Of a DNA stretch of 64,000 nt, positions 9,503 to 18,776 are shown one piece after another. This DNA is from an uncultured Porphyromonadaceae bacterium (GTDB taxonomy: Bacteria > Bacteroidota > Bacteroidia > Bacteroidales > Muribaculaceae). Both the position numbers and the translations under genes were made by a program. The notes beneath the pieces are model-generated. The model had not been told where the DNA came from. It searched no databases and saw only the letters and a program-made list of their open reading frames with translations. The DNA lies in the NCBI GenBank assembly GCA_937907575.1, contig CALERN010000023.1, positions 106,037-170,036 on the forward strand, given 5' to 3'. The first letter of the stretch is position 1. The number at the start of each line of letters is the position of its first letter.

Positions 9503-10465
9503 ATGAAGCCAATGATCAAATACAGGGGCGGCAAATCGAAGGAAATCCCCAATATCATGCTGCACATCCCCAGGTTTGCAGGACGGTACATCGAACCGTT
9601 CTTCGGCGGCGGCGCGCTTTTCTTCCACCTTGAGCCGCGCAAGGCAATCATCAATGACATCAATGCCAAACTCGTCAATTTCTACCGGGGTGTGCGTGAT
9701 GACTACCCGTTGCTTCGCAAAGACCTCGACGAACTTGAAGCCATATACACGCGAAACCGCGCAGACTTCGACGCTCTGAAATCCCTGCACCCTAACGAGC
9801 GCGTTGATGACAAGAACGAGCATCTCTATTACAGAATCAGAGACATGTACAATGGACTGTCTGAAAAGGGCTTTTGCGATGCTGCCTTATATTATTTCAT
9901 AAACAAGACTGCTTATTCAGGAATGATCCGCTACAATTCACACGGCGAGTTCAACGTCCCTTTCGGGCGTTACGCGCATCTGAACACACAAGCAGTCACG
10001 TTGAAACACAGCAGCCTGCTCCAGCGAGCGGAGATATACAACTCTGATTTCAGCAGAATTTTCGAGATGTGCAATGAAGACGACTTCATGTTTCTCGACC
10101 CTCCATACGACTGCACATTCTCCGACTATGGCAATGCCCAGCACCGAGACGGCTTTGACGAAACCAACCACCGCAGACTCGCCGATGACTACAAGCGATT
10201 GCCATGCAAAGCATTGATGGTCATCGGCAAGACACCTCTGACAGAAGAACTGTACGGCGAATACATAGTCGATGAATATGACAAGAATTACGCGGTCAAC
10301 ATCCGCAACCGTTTCAAAGCGGCAGCAAGGCACATCGTTGTTGCCAACTATGATGTAAACAATGACTATCAGCCAGCACCAGTGCGTGTGCGCGAATACA
10401 AGATTGAAGCGGAAATCACTCAGTTGCGACTTTTTGAACCAGAACCCGAATATGGCAAGAATTGA
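9503..10465 (+). CDS. Dam-family (D12/alpha class) N6-adenine DNA methyltransferase, M.BstNBI/M.MlyI-like
   Basis: KYRGGK, YIEPFFGGGA, NDIN, YYFINKTAYSGMIRYN and FLDPPY motifs; lower GC than its flanks. Confidence 0.93.
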   Translation: MKPMIKYRGGKSKEIPNIMLHIPRFAGRYIEPFFGGGALFFHLEPRKAIINDINAKLVNFYRGVRDDYPLLRKDLDELEAIYTRNRADFDALKSLHPNERVDDKNEHLYYRIRDMYNGLSEKGFCDAALYYFINKTAYSGMIRYNSHGEFNVPFGRYAHLNTQAVTLKHSSLLQRAEIYNSDFSRIFEMCNEDDFMFLDPPYDCTFSDYGNAQHRDGFDETNHRRLADDYKRLPCKALMVIGKTPLTEELYGEYIVDEYDKNYAVNIRNRFKAAARHIVVANYDVNNDYQPAPVRVREYKIEAEITQLRLFEPEPEYGKN

Positions 10466-12131
10466 CAGCCGGACATTGTTCCTTACCACATCTCCGCGCT
10501 CCCCGGAGAAAATGATCCCAGAGATACGGCTGCTTGCCGAGAATTTTTCCGGGCAGCAGTGGAACAAGGACACGCAATGCAGGTATATGGAAATCCTGCG
10601 CGAAGAACAGTTCTTTAACGGCAAGGGAGAGAACGATCCTTCGTTCAGCGCACGCGACCGTATCAACCGTGCGCCAAAATCGCTCGGCTTCGTGCGGTTG
10701 TCGCCCGCAATCTCCCTGACTCCAGCCGGAGAAGCCCTGTTGACATCCAAGCAGACAAGCGATGTATTCTTGCGGCAGATGCTGAAATTCCAAATCCCCT
10801 CACCATATCACCGCCCCTCCTCAAAAGCGGCAAAATTCTGCATCAAGCCCTATCTTGAGCTGCTTCGTTTGGTGCGGTCAATGGGGTCTCTCAAATTTGA
10901 CGAGCTGCAGATATTCGGAATGCAACTTACCGACTGGCACGATTTCGGCGACATTGTTGCCAAAATTGAGGAATTTAGAACAGCAAAGACATGTCACAAA
11001 GGCAGTTACAGACTGTTCAAGGCTGAAGTCATCAGGACGGAACTGATGAGCATCTTCCGTGAAAGGATTTCAAGTGGCGATACAAAGACTCGCGAAAGCA
11101 ACGATGCCTCCTTAGACAAATTCATAAAAACACAATCTTCCAACATGCGTGACTACGCAGATGCGTGCTTCCGCTACCTGAGAGCCACAGGACTTGTAAA
11201 CATTTCTCACACAGGGAAATCGCTCAGCATCGCTCCCGAAAGAATTGAGGAGGTCGACTATATACTGAACACCATAGACCGCAATCCTTGTTTTGTCGAT
11301 GACGAGTGCTGCTATTCCAAATATCTAGGCAACGCCAGTTTGCCAATATTGCTGACTGACAACCAGAGCCATATTGCAGCAATGCTGCAACACAGGTTTC
11401 CGTCAGTGCCATTCGACCGCAACTCGGACATCGATGCGCTAAAAGACCTGCTGTACACCAACATAGAACTTCATAAAAACGAAGTCCTGCGGCAACAGGT
11501 CAACGACATAAAAGACCGTAAACTGTATGACGACATCCAAGGCACGTTCAACCGTATACGGCATGACAACCTGTATGACGCGCCTCTTATGTTGGAATGG
11601 AACACATGGAGGGCTATGACAATGCTCGACGGAGGAGACATCAAGGCAAATCTCAGTTTTGACGACTTCGGCAAGCCTATGTCTACCGCACAAGGGAATG
11701 TTCCCGACATCGTATGCGACTATGGCGACTACATCCTCACAGTAGAAGTGACCTTGTCTTCAGGGCAAAGGCAGTATGAAATGGAAAGCGAATCCGTATG
11801 CCGCCATTTGGGCAAACTGAAAAAATCAAGCGGAAAGCCGTGCTACTGCCTGTTTGTTGCCCCTGCCATCAACGAGGCTTGCATCGCCCACTTCTACGCA
11901 CTGCACAAGATGAATATATCCTATTATGGCGGCAAGTCCGTCATAGTTCCTTTGCCACTTGATGTATTCACGAAGATGATCGAAGACAGCTACAAGGCAT
12001 CATTTACCCCAGACCCGGAGCATGTCAAAAATCTGTTTGACCAGTCACAAGAACTCGCGGAAAGCAGCAAAGACGAAACAGAATGGTATGCGCAGATGAA
12101 ACGCCTTGCTGTGGACTGGCTGCGCCAGTAA
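10452..12131 (+). CDS. AlwI-family type IIS restriction endonuclease (MlyI/PleI-like)
   Basis: 559 aa from ATG 10452, overlapping the MTase stop. TSPRSPEK, SARDRINRAPKSLGF, KFQIPSPY and LEWNTWRA motifs, plus a PD...VEVT catalytic motif. Confidence 0.9.
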   Translation: MARIDSRTLFLTTSPRSPEKMIPEIRLLAENFSGQQWNKDTQCRYMEILREEQFFNGKGENDPSFSARDRINRAPKSLGFVRLSPAISLTPAGEALLTSKQTSDVFLRQMLKFQIPSPYHRPSSKAAKFCIKPYLELLRLVRSMGSLKFDELQIFGMQLTDWHDFGDIVAKIEEFRTAKTCHKGSYRLFKAEVIRTELMSIFRERISSGDTKTRESNDASLDKFIKTQSSNMRDYADACFRYLRATGLVNISHTGKSLSIAPERIEEVDYILNTIDRNPCFVDDECCYSKYLGNASLPILLTDNQSHIAAMLQHRFPSVPFDRNSDIDALKDLLYTNIELHKNEVLRQQVNDIKDRKLYDDIQGTFNRIRHDNLYDAPLMLEWNTWRAMTMLDGGDIKANLSFDDFGKPMSTAQGNVPDIVCDYGDYILTVEVTLSSGQRQYEMESESVCRHLGKLKKSSGKPCYCLFVAPAINEACIAHFYALHKMNISYYGGKSVIVPLPLDVFTKMIEDSYKASFTPDPEHVKNLFDQSQELAESSKDETEWYAQMKRLAVDWLRQ

Positions 12132-12170
12132 CACCTGTCCAGACACGGTCAAAATTGCAGAGTGACTGGG

Positions 12171-13076
12171 TTATTTCGGGGCTGAAAGCGAGGCGAGGTA
12201 TTGCGTGGGGGTGATGCCGACCGTCTTGCGGAACATGCGGCTAAAGTGCTGCGGATACTCGAAGCCTAGGCCGTATGCCGTCTGCGCTATCCCCTTGCCG
12301 GAGGCAAGGCTGTCCTTGGCCATGGCTATCACGCGGCGGCGTATGTAGCCGCCTGCGGTCTCGCCTGTGGTCTTCTTCACCAAGTCTCCGAAATAGTTAG
12401 GCGACATCGCCAGCCTGTCGGCACAGTATTGCACCGTGGGGATGCCGAGCGTCAGCTGCAGCTTGTCCTCGAAATAGTCCTGCAACAAGGCGTTGAAGCG
12501 CACGAGGATGTCCGAGTTCTCGAGTTTGCGCGTCATGAACTGGCGGTTGTAGAACCGCTGGCAATAGTTGAGCGTCAGCTCAATGTAACCCACGAGTATG
12601 GTGTCCTGTACCGCGTCGCGCTGCTTGCGCAGCTCGTCCTGCATCTGCCGCATCAGCGAATTGAGCACCGCCCGCTCCTCGTCAGTCGTATGCAGAGCCT
12701 CGTTGACGCGGTAGTCGAAAAACGAATAGTCGCGTATCGTGCGCTCAAGATGAGTGCCACGTATCAGGTCAGGGTGAAACAGCAACGCCCAGCCGTTGAT
12801 CGCAATGCGCTGGCCGTCATCCTCCTTCCCGCCGATTTGCCCCGGAGCCACGCAGATGACCGCGCCCTTGCGGTAGTCATAGCGGCCGCAGCCGTAGCGC
12901 AAGTCCAGCTCCGCCGCGTCGTGGAAGAACAAGCCGTAGACACTGTAATCGTTCAGGCTTGAGCGTATCGGCGAAACGGCAGAATAGTCGATTACGCTGA
13001 CCAGCGGATGCGTGTCCTTGTGGCCCACGAAACTGCTGTAGTCGCTCACATTGCGCACTTTAAGTATATTAGCCAT
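12171..13076 (-). CDS. AraC-family transcriptional regulator
   Basis: LRYGCGRYDY and LFHPDLI motifs; C-terminal SPNYFGDL..K.TG and YGLGFEYPQHFSRMF HTH; TATATTTG promoter at 13100-13107. Confidence 0.95.
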   Translation of the reverse strand: MANILKVRNVSDYSSFVGHKDTHPLVSVIDYSAVSPIRSSLNDYSVYGLFFHDAAELDLRYGCGRYDYRKGAVICVAPGQIGGKEDDGQRIAINGWALLFHPDLIRGTHLERTIRDYSFFDYRVNEALHTTDEERAVLNSLMRQMQDELRKQRDAVQDTILVGYIELTLNYCQRFYNRQFMTRKLENSDILVRFNALLQDYFEDKLQLTLGIPTVQYCADRLAMSPNYFGDLVKKTTGETAGGYIRRRVIAMAKDSLASGKGIAQTAYGLGFEYPQHFSRMFRKTVGITPTQYLASLSAPK

Positions 13077-13241
13077 ATCTTCCGGATTGATTCTGCTTGC
13101 AAATATAGCGCAAAATGCGGAATTGCAGCAATCGACTCCCTGATTTCCCATGTTTACAGGGAAAATAGGTATGGATTTCGGTATTATGTGTACGTTACAA
13201 GGCAACGGGCTGCACTAACTTTGCACCGTAGAACAACAGTT

Positions 13242-13463
13242 ATGGACAGCCCGGCCGACATACCCGCAGAATTGCTCGACGACGATGCCGTGCGCTTCAT
13301 CGCCAGACGGCACAACCTCCCCATCCGCGAGATGCTGGCCAGCTTCATGCGGCATGAGGAAGCCGAAGAAGGGCAGCTGCACCTCGAGGAAAACGAAAAG
13401 GAGATATTGCGCGGGCTTGCCGGCCACTGCCATTGGTCAACCCAGAAACATCATAACTCATGA
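13242..13463 (+). CDS. 73-aa miniprotein resembling the C-terminal helices of aldo/keto reductases
   Basis: ATG follows a TAACTTTG promoter (13216-13223). Sequence LLDDDAVRFIARRH...LHLEENEKEILRGL; ATGA overlap with the next gene. Confidence 0.5.
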   Translation: MDSPADIPAELLDDDAVRFIARRHNLPIREMLASFMRHEEAEEGQLHLEENEKEILRGLAGHCHWSTQKHHNS

Positions 13464-14272
13464 AGAAATTCGTTTTATTATTGACAACCTGTATTCTAAC
13501 ACTTAATGTTATGGCACAGAAAAAGATAGTACAGACAGCAGGGCGCACGCAGCTGGGCGAGTTCGCCCCCAAGTTTGCCGAGCTGAACGACGATGTCCTC
13601 TTCGGCGAGGTATGGAGCCGCACCGACAAACTCGGGCTGCGCGACCGCAGCCTGGTGACGATAACATCGCTCATCAGCCAGGGCATAACCGACAATTCGC
13701 TGACATTCCACCTGCAGTCGGCCAAGAGCAACGGCATCACACGCACAGAGATAGCTGAAATCATCACGCATATAGGCTTCTACGCCGGCTGGCCGAAGGC
13801 GTGGGCCGCGTTCCGCCTCGCCAAGGAGGTGTGGGCTGAAGACACCGCCGCTGACCCCAAGGCGGAGTTCCAGAACGAGATGATATTCCCGATAGGCGAA
13901 CCTAACACGGCTTACGCCAAGTACTTCACCGGCAACAGCTACCTTGCGCCCGTATCACGCGAACAGGTCAACGTCTCCAACGTGACATTCGAGCCTCGCT
14001 GCCGCAACAACTGGCATATCCACCATGCCTCGAAGGGGGGCGGACAGATGCTAATCGGCGTGGCCGGACGCGGCTGGTACCAGGAGGAAGGGAAGCCGGC
14101 TGTTGAAATACTCCCCGGCACAGTAATCCACATCCCCGCCAACGTGAAGCATTGGCACGGCGCAGCCGCCGACAGCTGGTTTGCACACCTCGCCTTTGAG
14201 GTCCCCGGCGAGGACACGTCCAACGAGTGGCTCGAGCCTGTCACTGACGAGGAATACGACAACCTGAAATAA
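13460..14272 (+). CDS. Carboxymuconolactone decarboxylase-family / cupin fusion protein
   Basis: NDDVLFGEVWSR and HIGFYAGWPKA (CMD); VTFEPRCRNNWHIH and KHWHGA (cupin); signal-peptide-like N-terminus. Confidence 0.9.
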   Translation: MKKFVLLLTTCILTLNVMAQKKIVQTAGRTQLGEFAPKFAELNDDVLFGEVWSRTDKLGLRDRSLVTITSLISQGITDNSLTFHLQSAKSNGITRTEIAEIITHIGFYAGWPKAWAAFRLAKEVWAEDTAADPKAEFQNEMIFPIGEPNTAYAKYFTGNSYLAPVSREQVNVSNVTFEPRCRNNWHIHHASKGGGQMLIGVAGRGWYQEEGKPAVEILPGTVIHIPANVKHWHGAAADSWFAHLAFEVPGEDTSNEWLEPVTDEEYDNLK

Positions 14273-14291
14273 CACACAAACTATCACACCC

Positions 14292-14870
14292 ATGCGCAAC
14301 TACATGAGCAAACTATTGATCGCATTGTTGGCTGTAGTGGGCATCACCTCGACAGCCTGTGCAAAACAGAACAAGGAAATGAACAACAGCAAGCAAGAGA
14401 GCAGCAAAGTGCTTGTAGCTTATTTCTCAGCTACCGGCACCACCAGAGCAGCGGCTGAAAAACTCGCCAAGGCAGCCAACGCTGACCTGTATGAGATAGC
14501 TCCAGCCCAGGCATACACCGCAGCCGACCTGGACTGGAACGACAAGTCTTCTCGCAGCACAGTCGAAATGCAAGACCCGAAATCGCGCCCCGAAATCGGA
14601 GGCAAGCAAATCAACACCGACGGCTACGACACAGTCTTCATCGGCTTCCCGATATGGTGGTATGTCGCTCCACGCATCGTCAACACATTCATCGAGAGCC
14701 ATGACCTGAAGGGGAAGACTATCTACCTGTTCGCCACCTCCGGCGGCAGCACCGTTGACGGCAGCCTGAAGGAACTGAAGAAGGAGTACCCCGACCTCGA
14801 CTTCCGTGGATGCCGCCTCCTCAACGACGGCAAGGCGCAGGAATGGGTCAACTCCCTCGGCCTGAAATAA
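14292..14870 (+). CDS. Flavodoxin-like protein with an export signal
   Basis: VAYFSATGTT, IGFPIWW and FATSGGS motifs. Confidence 0.92.
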   Translation: MRNYMSKLLIALLAVVGITSTACAKQNKEMNNSKQESSKVLVAYFSATGTTRAAAEKLAKAANADLYEIAPAQAYTAADLDWNDKSSRSTVEMQDPKSRPEIGGKQINTDGYDTVFIGFPIWWYVAPRIVNTFIESHDLKGKTIYLFATSGGSTVDGSLKELKKEYPDLDFRGCRLLNDGKAQEWVNSLGLK

Positions 14871-14900
14871 CCTCTTGATAATGAAGCTATACCAAATATA

Positions 14901-14941
14901 CTCAATGCATTGAGCAAAAATACGCAGTCCATTGAGCAAAA
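14901..14941 (+). promoter_or_regulatory. Candidate regulator binding site: direct repeat CATTGAGCAAAA x2 (22-bp period) with an overlapping palindrome
   Basis: Copies at 14908-14919 and 14930-14941; perfect palindrome CTCAATGCATTGAG at 14901-14914; upstream of the TonB receptor. Confidence 0.55.
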
Positions 14942-15010
14942 TCCGACACCCCTTGCAAACCAGCTGAATCACAGTCGATTGCAAGGGAATTGAATAGCAT
15001 CAAAACATTT

Positions 15011-16903
15011 ATGCGCAAGAAGACAATAGCGTTTTTGGCAGCAGCCATGGCCGGGCTGCCCACGTGGGCGGAAGGCACGGCAGCTGAAAACGACAGCACA
15101 GCCTCGCGCTGCGACCTTGGCGAAGTGGTAGTGACCGGCACGCGCCAGCCGGCAGGCCTCGACCTGCTGCCGATGACTGTGAGCATAGTAGACCGTGGCG
15201 ACCTCACCGCCGACTACCGCATGAGCGTCATGCCTACACTTATGGAGCAGGTGCCGGGGCTTATGGTGACATCACGCGGCGTTATGGGCTACGGCGTGAG
15301 CAACGGAGGCTCGGGAGGCATGATGCTGCGCGGCGTGTCCTCCGGCGGCGGACAGATAATGGTGCTAATAGACGGCAAGCCGCAATACAGCGGCATCTAC
15401 GGACACAGCGTGGCTGACAGCTACTTGACCATGATGGCAGACCGCGTGGAGGTGCTGCGCGGCCCGGCATCGATGCTCTACGGCTCAAACGCCATGGGAG
15501 GAGTGGTCAACATCATCTCGCGGCGAATGCACACAGACGGCGTGCACACCTCGCTGTCGCTGGGCGCGGGCAGCTACGGCACAGTACAGGCCGAAGCGAG
15601 CAACCAGGTGCGTGCCGGACGGTTCTCAAGCACCGTCGCCGCACAGTTCGGCAGGTCTGACAACCACCGCCCCGACATGGGCTTCTACCAGTACGGCGGC
15701 TATGTGAGCCTCGGCTACGACCTGTCCGGCCACTGGAACATATTCGCCGATGCCGACGTGACGCATTTCGGAGCGTCCTACCCCGGCACTGTGTCCGCCC
15801 CTATGCTTGAAGCCGACCAGTGGATTACGCGCGGCGCGGTGGCTATAGGCGTGGAGAACAGATACCGCAACACGTCAGGGCGTATAAGCGTCTACGACAA
15901 CTTCGGACGGCACAAAATCAACGACGGCTATGCAGCTGGCAGCGGCACGCCGCAGACGCGCCTCTTCCGCTCACGTGACGCGCTGGCGGGCATCAGCTGG
16001 TATCAGACAGCAAGCCTGTGGCAAGGGGGCAACGTGACCCTCGGCATGGACTACCAGCACATCTACGGCCGCGCCTTCTACACCAGCCGCGAAACCGGCG
16101 AGGTGCTTGAGACTGCCAACAAGCAGTCCGGCCATGTGCACAACAACGAGGTGGGCGTGTATGCCGACATCCGGCAGGACTTCCTGCGCTGGCTCTCCGT
16201 AGAGGCCGGCGTGCGCTATGACCGCCACTCGGCCACAGGCGGAGAATGGGTGCCGCAGGGCGGCATAGTGGTGCGTCCGACAGCTTCGGCTGAGGTCAAG
16301 GCTATGGTCAGCAAAGGCTTCCGCAACCCGACGATGAGGGAGCTGTACCTCTACCCTCCCTCGAATGAGGACTTGCGCCCGGAGCGCATGATGAACTATG
16401 AGCTGTCGTGGCGGCACCGGCTGCTCGGCGGGCTGCTCGGCTACGGCATTAACCTGTTCTACATCAAGGCCGACAACATCATACAGACCATCAACCGCAA
16501 GAACGTCAACACCGGCAAGGTGGAGAACAGCGGCATCGAGGCAGACGCGACATTCGCTGTCGACAGCCGCTGGTCCGTCACCACCAACCACAGCTACCTG
16601 CACCAGGCTCGCCCCGTAGTCGGTGCGCCGACCTACAAGGGATACATCGGCGGCAGCTTCCACAGCAACGGCGTGGGCGTGCACGCAGGGCTTACACAAG
16701 TTGCCGGGCTGTACACTGCCGTGGGCAGCGACGAGACGAAAACAGACTTCACGCTGCTAAACGTCACCGTCGATTACCGCCTGTGCAAGAACGTCAAGCT
16801 GTGGGTCAAGGGGGACAACCTGCTCGGGCAACGCTACGAGATCGTGGCTGGCAACCCGATGCCCAAGGCGACATTCATGGCAGGTGTCGCTCTCGATTTC
16901 TGA
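15011..16903 (+). CDS. TonB-dependent outer-membrane receptor
   Basis: Signal peptide, EVVVTGTR TonB box, plug motif RVEVLRGPASMLYGSNAMGGVVNI, C-terminal Phe. Confidence 0.95.
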   Translation: MRKKTIAFLAAAMAGLPTWAEGTAAENDSTASRCDLGEVVVTGTRQPAGLDLLPMTVSIVDRGDLTADYRMSVMPTLMEQVPGLMVTSRGVMGYGVSNGGSGGMMLRGVSSGGGQIMVLIDGKPQYSGIYGHSVADSYLTMMADRVEVLRGPASMLYGSNAMGGVVNIISRRMHTDGVHTSLSLGAGSYGTVQAEASNQVRAGRFSSTVAAQFGRSDNHRPDMGFYQYGGYVSLGYDLSGHWNIFADADVTHFGASYPGTVSAPMLEADQWITRGAVAIGVENRYRNTSGRISVYDNFGRHKINDGYAAGSGTPQTRLFRSRDALAGISWYQTASLWQGGNVTLGMDYQHIYGRAFYTSRETGEVLETANKQSGHVHNNEVGVYADIRQDFLRWLSVEAGVRYDRHSATGGEWVPQGGIVVRPTASAEVKAMVSKGFRNPTMRELYLYPPSNEDLRPERMMNYELSWRHRLLGGLLGYGINLFYIKADNIIQTINRKNVNTGKVENSGIEADATFAVDSRWSVTTNHSYLHQARPVVGAPTYKGYIGGSFHSNGVGVHAGLTQVAGLYTAVGSDETKTDFTLLNVTVDYRLCKNVKLWVKGDNLLGQRYEIVAGNPMPKATFMAGVALDF

Positions 16904-16934
16904 CAACAATATCAAAACACATAAACTCAACATT

Positions 16935-17894
16935 ATGAACAAACTACTCATCACATCAGCACTCGCAGCCGCATCGCTCGCAGCTTATGCCCAGCCGGCG
17001 AAGCCCACAGTGTACGTCACCCGCGAGATAACGCCCGAATCGCTCGTGCGCATATACGAGGCTCTCGGACGCAAGGCCGAAGGGCGCGTGGCAGTCAAAA
17101 TATCGACCGGCGAATCCGAGAAGACCGGCTACCTGCGGCCCGACTTCATCAAGCCGCTCCTCGATGAAGTACACGGCACGATCGTGGAGTGCAACACCGC
17201 ATACGGCGGCTCGCGTGCCACAAGCGAAGACCACTGGAAGACCATTCGCCAGCACGGCTTCACCCGCGTCGCCCCGGTAGACATCATGGACGAGGAGGGC
17301 TCTATAAATATCCCCGTGCGTGACACCACGCACCTGAAATACGACATCGTGGGCAGCCACATACAGTATTACGACTTCATGATTAACCTCGCCCACTTCA
17401 AGGGGCACCAGATGGGCGGCCTCGGCGGCGTGCTGAAAAACGCCTCGATAGGCTGCGCCTCCTCCTCGGGCAAGGCATACATCCACACCGCCGGCGTAAC
17501 CGAGAACGTTGACGAGCTGTGGGACCATGTTGACGACCAGGACGGCTTCGTCGAGTCGATGGCTGCAGCTGCACAGGCAGTACACGACTACTTCGACAAC
17601 GGCAACAAGATACTGTACATCAGTGTGATGTACCGCATGAGCATCGACTGCGACTGCAACGCCAACCCGGCAGAGCCGCTCATCGCCGACTACGGCATCC
17701 TGGCATCGCTTGACCCCGTTGCACTCGACCAGGCATGCTACGACATCGTCACGCAGATACACAACGACGAGCACAACAACACCAAGCCGCTGCTCGACCG
17801 CATTGCCCAGCAGAACGGCACACACATCATGGAGTGGGGAGAGAAAATCGGCCTCGGCAGCCGCGACTACGACCTCGTGAGCATCGACAAGTGA
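16935..17894 (+). CDS. DUF362-domain (Fe-S) exported protein
   Basis: VAVKISTGE, ECNTAYGG, AHFKGH.MGG.GG.LKN, DCDC and DPVALDQAC motifs. Confidence 0.85.
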   Translation: MNKLLITSALAAASLAAYAQPAKPTVYVTREITPESLVRIYEALGRKAEGRVAVKISTGESEKTGYLRPDFIKPLLDEVHGTIVECNTAYGGSRATSEDHWKTIRQHGFTRVAPVDIMDEEGSINIPVRDTTHLKYDIVGSHIQYYDFMINLAHFKGHQMGGLGGVLKNASIGCASSSGKAYIHTAGVTENVDELWDHVDDQDGFVESMAAAAQAVHDYFDNGNKILYISVMYRMSIDCDCNANPAEPLIADYGILASLDPVALDQACYDIVTQIHNDEHNNTKPLLDRIAQQNGTHIMEWGEKIGLGSRDYDLVSIDK

Positions 17895-18090
17895 CACCCG
17901 GCAAAGACTACATGGGCATGGGGATCCCGCCAGTCCAGGGCGCCCATATTATATGCGATGTCGCAAAAACAGCATTTCAACAGCCGCTTGCAGCCGCGCC
18001 TGAAAAAATAATCGGCTGAAAATTTGGCGGAACGGAAAATGTTGCCTAACTTTGCACTCGCAAAAGGGGCGAGACATTCCCTGACGCGAA

Positions 18091-18175
18091 GGAGAGATGG
18101 CAGAGTGGTCGATTGCGGCGGTCTTGAAAACCGTTGAGGGTCACACCTCCGGGGGTTCGAATCCCTCTCTCTCCG
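18091..18175 (+). tRNA. tRNA-Ser(TGA)
   Basis: GGAGAGA/TCTCTCC acceptor stem, anticodon loop CT-TGA-AA, long variable arm, GGTTCGAATCC T-arm; promoter TTTG...TAACTTTG (18047-18054). Confidence 0.97.
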
Positions 18176-18181
18176 CAATAA

Positions 18182-18217
18182 GGTGCAAATCTCATATCTC
18201 GTGATTTGCACCCTTTA
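18182..18217 (+). terminator. Intrinsic terminator after tRNA-Ser
   Basis: GGTGCAAATC / GATTTGCACC stem followed by CTTTA. Confidence 0.7.
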
Positions 18218-18295
18218 TATATCTAATATCCAAGGCACAAACTCTCAATCACTTTTTGCTCAACTTCGGTGTTTCCGAAAGGGGGCTATTGAGCT

Positions 18296-18346
18296 ATAGA
18301 ATCCCAGCGAAAGACGTAATAAGGAAGCCCTTCGTTGGGATTCTAT
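18296..18346. terminator. Long hairpin (possible bidirectional terminator)
   Basis: ATAGAATCCCAGCGAA ... TTCGTTGGGATTCTAT inverted repeat. Confidence 0.5.
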
Positions 18347-18363
18347 GGTTTAGGATGTCGGTG

Positions 18364-18550
18364 TAGTCCTTGCATGCAATACCGCTTCGCGTCGCTTGCG
18401 TGCAGGGCCTCTATCGTCTGGCAACGGTTTTTTCTTATGTTCTGGGATGTTGAACTTCCTCTCCGCTACATCGATGATAGCACTGTAGTGGTCGGCCTTA
18501 AGGCTGGCTTTCTCGAGTTCTCGCTCAAGGCACTTGACCTTTTCCTCAAG
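18364..18550 (-). pseudogene. Decayed IS3-family transposase fragment (orfA end / orfB start junction)
   Basis: Minus strand reads LEEKVKCLERELEKASLKADHYSAIIDVAERKFNI, then in another frame I-R-K across an A6 tract into IEALHASDAKRYCMQGL. An in-frame TAA lies upstream and there is no start codon. Resembles Bacteroidales IS3 orfA/orfB junctions (from memory). Confidence 0.6.
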
Positions 18551-18776
18551 CGTTTATGCGCCTTCGGCGGCTGGCGCTGCTGTATCCTGCTCGAGCCTGC
18601 TTTCCGGGACACGAACGCCGGCTATGCGTTGCCCTTTGTGTGTCTTGTTTCCCAGCGGCTCTCGGTTTTCTGGCGCAAAGTTACGAACCCAGTTGAAAAC
18701 CGTCGTCAAGCTCACGCCTGTTTTTTGCGCTTATCGCATGGTACGTGAATCCGGTAAACGGAGGTAGGCGCGAGGG

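Noticed and set aside
9503..12131. Avoidance of the R-M target site as evidence of specificity
   Set aside because: GACTC/GAGTC and GGATC/GATCC both occur in the window, and GACTC occurs inside the island. A proper count was not possible by eye.
14871..15010. Cobalamin or TPP riboswitch before the TonB receptor
   Set aside because: The region is short and lacks recognisable B12-box or TPP core motifs.
9503..18175. tRNA-anchored genomic island covering the R-M and AraC clusters
   Set aside because: These genes lie 5' of the tRNA, and I found no integrase or duplicated tRNA 3' end.
18335..18767. Plus-strand ORFs 18335-18748 and 18534-18767
   Set aside because: No recognisable motifs; they are antisense to the IS-like relic and start at TTG without supporting signals.
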